A DNA stretch of 32,000 nt. Source: Wolbachia endosymbiont of Drosophila innubila. Its GTDB lineage: Bacteria > Pseudomonadota > Alphaproteobacteria > Rickettsiales > Anaplasmataceae. Location of the stretch: assembly GCF_021378375.1 (NCBI RefSeq), contig NZ_CP076228.1:90001-122000 (forward strand), in the 5' to 3' direction. The notes under the pieces are model-generated. The model did not search any database, was not told where the DNA came from, and saw only the letters and a list, made by a program, of their open reading frames with translations. The translations under genes were made by a program, and so were the position numbers. Position 1 is the first letter of the stretch, and each line of letters starts with the position of its first letter. Of this stretch, positions 29,517 through 32,000 are shown piece by piece.

Positions 29517-29789
29517 TCAAGTAGCCTTCTCATAAATGGTGTCTCTATGTCCTGCTGTAGCAACAAATACCTTATGTTTTGCAATATTTACAGTATAAAT
29601 AATTCGATAATCACTAACCCTTATTCTTCTATACCCTTTTAGCCTGCCACGTAATGGTTTACCAAATTTAATTGGATCAGTTGTAAGCCGCTCGTTTATC
29701 GCTTTTGTAATCCTTGATCTTATTGTTTTTGGAAGATTTAGAAAATCTCTTTCAGTAAAGTTTTTTGAGTAGACAATATCGTATTTCAG
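29517..29789 (-). CDS. RelE/ParE-family toxin, cassette 3: full-length frame but no canonical start codon
   Basis: Absent from the ORF track. Manual translation gives LKYDIVYSKNFTERDFLNLPKTIRSRITKAINERLTTDPIKFGKPLRGRLKGYRRIRVSDYRIIYTVNIAKHKVFVATAGHRDTIYEKAT*. The frame is open from 29828 with no ATG, GTG or TTG. A CTG at 29789-29787 is preceded by GGGAGAGGA, with 6 nt between. Confidence 0.55.
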   Translation of the reverse strand: MKYDIVYSKNFTERDFLNLPKTIRSRITKAINERLTTDPIKFGKPLRGRLKGYRRIRVSDYRIIYTVNIAKHKVFVATAGHRDTIYEKAT

Positions 29790-29790
29790 T

Positions 29791-30009
29791 TTATGTCCTC
29801 TCCCTTTCAGATAGTACTGTATTCCAGTCTACATCCTCACATTCCTTAATAGTTTTATATAACGCAATATCTTCTACTTCGCACTCGATTCCTTCGATGA
29901 CTAACCTTTTTGCTAGTTCTTGAACGGATTCCTTGGTGATTTCAGCTAACTTAGTAAGGTTATGTGAAATTTTTGGGTCAAAAGTTATACTAATTCCTGA
30001 ATCTGTCAT
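29791..30009 (-). CDS. Antitoxin, cassette 3 (RHH-like)
   Basis: 72 aa from the ATG at 30009: MTDSGISITFDPKISHNLTKLAEITKESVQELAKRLVIEGIE... Its C-terminal tail (NTVLSERERT) differs from cassettes 1 and 2. Confidence 0.8.
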   Translation of the reverse strand: MTDSGISITFDPKISHNLTKLAEITKESVQELAKRLVIEGIECEVEDIALYKTIKECEDVDWNTVLSERERT

Positions 30010-30033
30010 ATGTTTTACCAAAGTCTACTAATA

Positions 30034-30062
30034 ATTATACAACATTTTTCTGAATTTTTCAA
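30034..30062 (-). promoter_or_regulatory. Sigma70-type promoter of cassette 3
   Basis: On the minus strand: TTGAAA (30062-30057), a 17-nt spacer, then TATAAT (30039-30034). Confidence 0.6.
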
Positions 30063-30209
30063 TAAAGGAAGTTGATGATATGTAAGAAAAATTTTGCCAC
30101 CTGCGTTAATAAATAATTAAAGATTTAGCATATTTATCTACCCTCTATTCTATTACTTAAGTTAGACCACTTTTTTCTATTAATATTTTTTATTTATAAA
30201 GATGAGCAG

Positions 30210-30647
30210 TTACTCATCACGCAGTTGATCTATGGATATAATACTACCGTTTGATAGTTTTTCAGTACATTTTTCACTTTTGTATTCTTTATCAGAGTCG
30301 ATACTGATTTTGTCAAATATTAAAACATCTCCTGAAATTTTATCACGAAACTCACTAATAGCAAAAAACGGTATAGTAATTCGCTCTTGTTTTCCTTGAA
30401 AACTCAAACTGACGCTAAATTTATCCTCAGAAACTTTTAAATCATAGAATTGATGCTGTAATATAATAAGCATTTGAGTAGGGTATGACTTTTTCAAACG
30501 ATCTGGCATGGTCACACCATTAAAATATGTGAAAAATAATATTTCTAAGTGAGGGATAAAACCATTACCTGATATAACATCTAAAGTCTTTTTGATAACT
30601 TGAAACTTAGCAGAATTAAGCAGTTTTTTGTAATCTGTTTGCTCCAT
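30210..30647 (-). CDS. sspB: ClpXP adaptor SspB (alphaproteobacterial type, stringent starvation protein B family)
   Basis: 145 aa. HLEILFFTYFNGVTMPDRLKKSYPTQMLIILQHQFYDLKVSEDKFSVSLSFQGKQERITIPFFAISEF follows the SspB-alpha core pattern (H..I.F.T...GV..P..L...YP..M.I.LQHQ..DL.V....F.V.L.F.G....L.IP..A...F). Confidence 0.75.
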   Translation of the reverse strand: MEQTDYKKLLNSAKFQVIKKTLDVISGNGFIPHLEILFFTYFNGVTMPDRLKKSYPTQMLIILQHQFYDLKVSEDKFSVSLSFQGKQERITIPFFAISEFRDKISGDVLIFDKISIDSDKEYKSEKCTEKLSNGSIISIDQLRDE

Positions 30648-30671
30648 ATAACTTTCACATACGTAAATTTT

Positions 30672-30958
30672 GGGGAACTTCTGTTACCCGGCGTTCCCTG
30701 AACCGTGCTTATAGCAATGAAGTTATAGTGCTTAAATTAAGCAGCTATTGCGTCGACATTGTCTTCAGCAGCAAAATTATCGTTTGCATTTAAATTATGA
30801 ACTCTTAGCGGTGGTGTCTAACCGAGCAAAGCTACCATCTTTACTATGCATGTCGATTCTTATTCGTCCCCATATAAATTAAAAAACATGGTGGAGACGC
30901 CGAGTACTGCCCTCGAGTCCAATACACCTATTACAAGGTAATTTTATTGCTATAGTAC
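30672..30958 (-). ncRNA. ssrA: Two-piece (circularly permuted) tmRNA
   Basis: The acceptor piece ends ...tcgagggcagtactcggCGTCTCCACCA (CCA 3' end at 30889). After a 17-nt spacer, the coding piece begins GGGGACG (30871-30865), which pairs with CGTCTCC and includes the G3:U wobble. The tag reading frame 30787-30737 is gca aac gat aat ttt gct gct gaa gac aat gtc gac gca ata gct gct taa, giving ANDNFAAEDNVDAIAA*. A closing helix pairs tatagcaat with attgctata (30946-30954 and 30710-30718). There is a 3' hairpin at 30673-30698. Confidence 0.88.
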
Positions 30959-30975
30959 ACAAAATGTACATAGCT

Positions 30976-31004
30976 ATTATATAGCAACATTAAATAAATG
31001 TCAA
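30976..31004 (-). promoter_or_regulatory. Consensus sigma70 promoter of ssrA
   Basis: On the minus strand: TTGACA (31004-30999), a 17-nt spacer, then TATAAT (30981-30976). Both hexamers match the consensus exactly, about 20 nt upstream of the tmRNA precursor. Confidence 0.65.
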
Positions 31005-31072
31005 GATATTATGACCTTAAGTTGATTTATTGCTAAAACAAAATTAATATTTCCAGTAAAAAATTCTGTGCT

Positions 31073-31116
31073 CTTAACCTGACACATATGGCTTTTTGAA
31101 TACTCCCAATGAAAAT
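31073..31116. repeat. Solo copy of the IS4-like terminal repeat
   Basis: cttaacctgacacatatggctttttgaatactcccaatgaaaat aligns with the right end of the IS4-like element (22853-22896, cttaacttgacgcgtatgcttttttgaacattcccaacgaaaaa) at roughly 80% identity and in the same orientation. No transposase or partner end lies nearby. Confidence 0.55.
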
Positions 31117-31132
31117 ATTTATAAATAAATAT

Positions 31133-31723
31133 TTACTCTTCTTTTTTATTGTTTTTAGGTTTTTCTTGATCAACCATTTCTCCACCGATCTCTTTTATTT
31201 TTAGTATCAACGACTCTGGTACATACATGTCAATTACTTCTTCTGCTGTCACAAATAAAGCCTGATAAGAGTGTGAATTTATTATCCAATTAGGCAATAT
31301 GTCTTCTGCTTCTATTTTATACTCTCCCTCTTTTTTGTCATATACTGTGTAGCAATATAAGTGCACAGCAAAAAATAATACATAAGAGAGCAATATTCCT
31401 TTAAGCACTCCGAGAAAGATTCCAGTAACTCTATCGATAAACCCCAACCTTATGGGTGATAATATGTACATTAGCCAGTTATTTATTATCATGAATATAA
31501 GATTAAGTATAATAAATACAGAGATTGTAGAAAGTATGTTTAGTGTAACTTTAGAATCAAAATATTTACTATAATTTGGAGCGAAAAAATCATAGTGATT
31601 AGCTGTCAGAAAGACCGATAAAAATAGAAACATTAGTGCGCATAGCTCTTTTATAAAGCCTCTAGTTACCGAGATTATTACGCATAGAACAACAATGAAG
31701 GTAATTAGGCTATCGAAAAGCAT
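31133..31723 (-). CDS. cvpA: CvpA family membrane protein (colicin V production protein homologue)
   Basis: 196 aa with four TM segments. The N-terminus MLFDSLITFIVVLCVIISVTRGFIKEL and the later DRVTGIFLGVLKG are typical of CvpA. Confidence 0.8.
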   Translation of the reverse strand: MLFDSLITFIVVLCVIISVTRGFIKELCALMFLFLSVFLTANHYDFFAPNYSKYFDSKVTLNILSTISVFIILNLIFMIINNWLMYILSPIRLGFIDRVTGIFLGVLKGILLSYVLFFAVHLYCYTVYDKKEGEYKIEAEDILPNWIINSHSYQALFVTAEEVIDMYVPESLILKIKEIGGEMVDQEKPKNNKKEE

Positions 31724-31780
31724 GTTTTATATCTATATGGTTTTCAAGATATAATAGTTGTAAATAACAAGGTTGTAAAA

Positions 31781-32000
31781 TTAATTGTATTTATGCTGCA
31801 TCAATTGATCTAAATACCTAGCGATCATGTCAATTTCTAAATTCAAATAATCATTTACTTTGTTGTACTGAAAAGTTGTATTTTCCCATGTATAGGGAGT
31901 GATATTTACTGTAAATTCCTGATTAATAACTGAATTCACTGTGAGGGAAACCCCATCTAGTGTAACGGAGCTTTTTTTTGCAACAAATTTAATTAATTCT
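31781..32000 (-). CDS. ribE: Riboflavin synthase alpha chain, C-terminal part (gene runs off the right edge)
   Basis: Manual minus-strand translation gives ELIKFVAKKSSVTLDGVSLTVNSVINQEFTVNITPYTWENTTFQYNKVNDYLNLEIDMIARYLDQLMQHKYN*. The patterns S..LDGVSLTV....F.V...P.T...T and NLE.D are lumazine-binding repeat signatures. Confidence 0.7.
   Translation of the reverse strand, partial: ELIKFVAKKSSVTLDGVSLTVNSVINQEFTVNITPYTWENTTFQYNKVNDYLNLEIDMIARYLDQLMQHKYN

Noticed and set aside
30672-30698. Plus-strand ggggaacttctgttacccggcgttccc as the 5' end of a plus-strand tRNA or tmRNA
   Set aside because: No acceptor partner or CCA end exists on the plus strand. It fits as the 3'-terminal hairpin of the minus-strand tmRNA coding piece.
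30990-31035. Collapsed IS ends (gtcaag ... cttaagttga) upstream of ssrA
   Set aside because: The gtcaa is part of a perfect TTGACA -35 hexamer spaced 17 nt from TATAAT, so the promoter reading explains the sequence better. The similarity to the IS tips is only 5-10 nt.

Overview
This is an AT-rich window whose gene content, permuted two-piece tmRNA and clusters of short hairpin repeats look like a Wolbachia-type (Rickettsiales) endosymbiont chromosome; that assignment is inferred from the sequence only, with no database search. Most of the window is housekeeping genes: dprA (partial), fdxA, ddl-ftsQ, a DacA-type carboxypeptidase, a SugE-like SMR pair, putA, acnA, secB, a Tim44-like gene, dnaQ, an SCO-family gene, gyrB, ispG, yggT-ftsK, sspB, ssrA, cvpA and ribE (partial). 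These are interrupted by three decayed IS elements: a degenerate IS4-like copy, and a nest of an IS630-like fragment, an IS3 and a split IS4-like copy. There are also three clusters of modular palindromic repeats. The most interesting segment is 28.3-31.0 kb on the minus strand. A tmRNA gene with a perfect consensus promoter is followed 25 nt later by the ssrA-tag adaptor gene sspB. Next come three tandem RHH-antitoxin / RelE-ParE-toxin cassettes, each with its own near-consensus promoter. All three antitoxins are intact, but every toxin has a different lesion or anomaly, and the promoter/junction blocks are better conserved than the genes. Other candidates are a membrane protein with 63-bp coding tandem repeats, a secreted orphan protein tightly coupled to ispG, two orphan genes between fdxA and ddl, and VNTR-like tandem duplications after ftsQ. 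I found no clearly new multi-gene system beyond the TA/tmRNA/SspB neighbourhood. All functional calls rest on motif recognition by eye and need homology searches.
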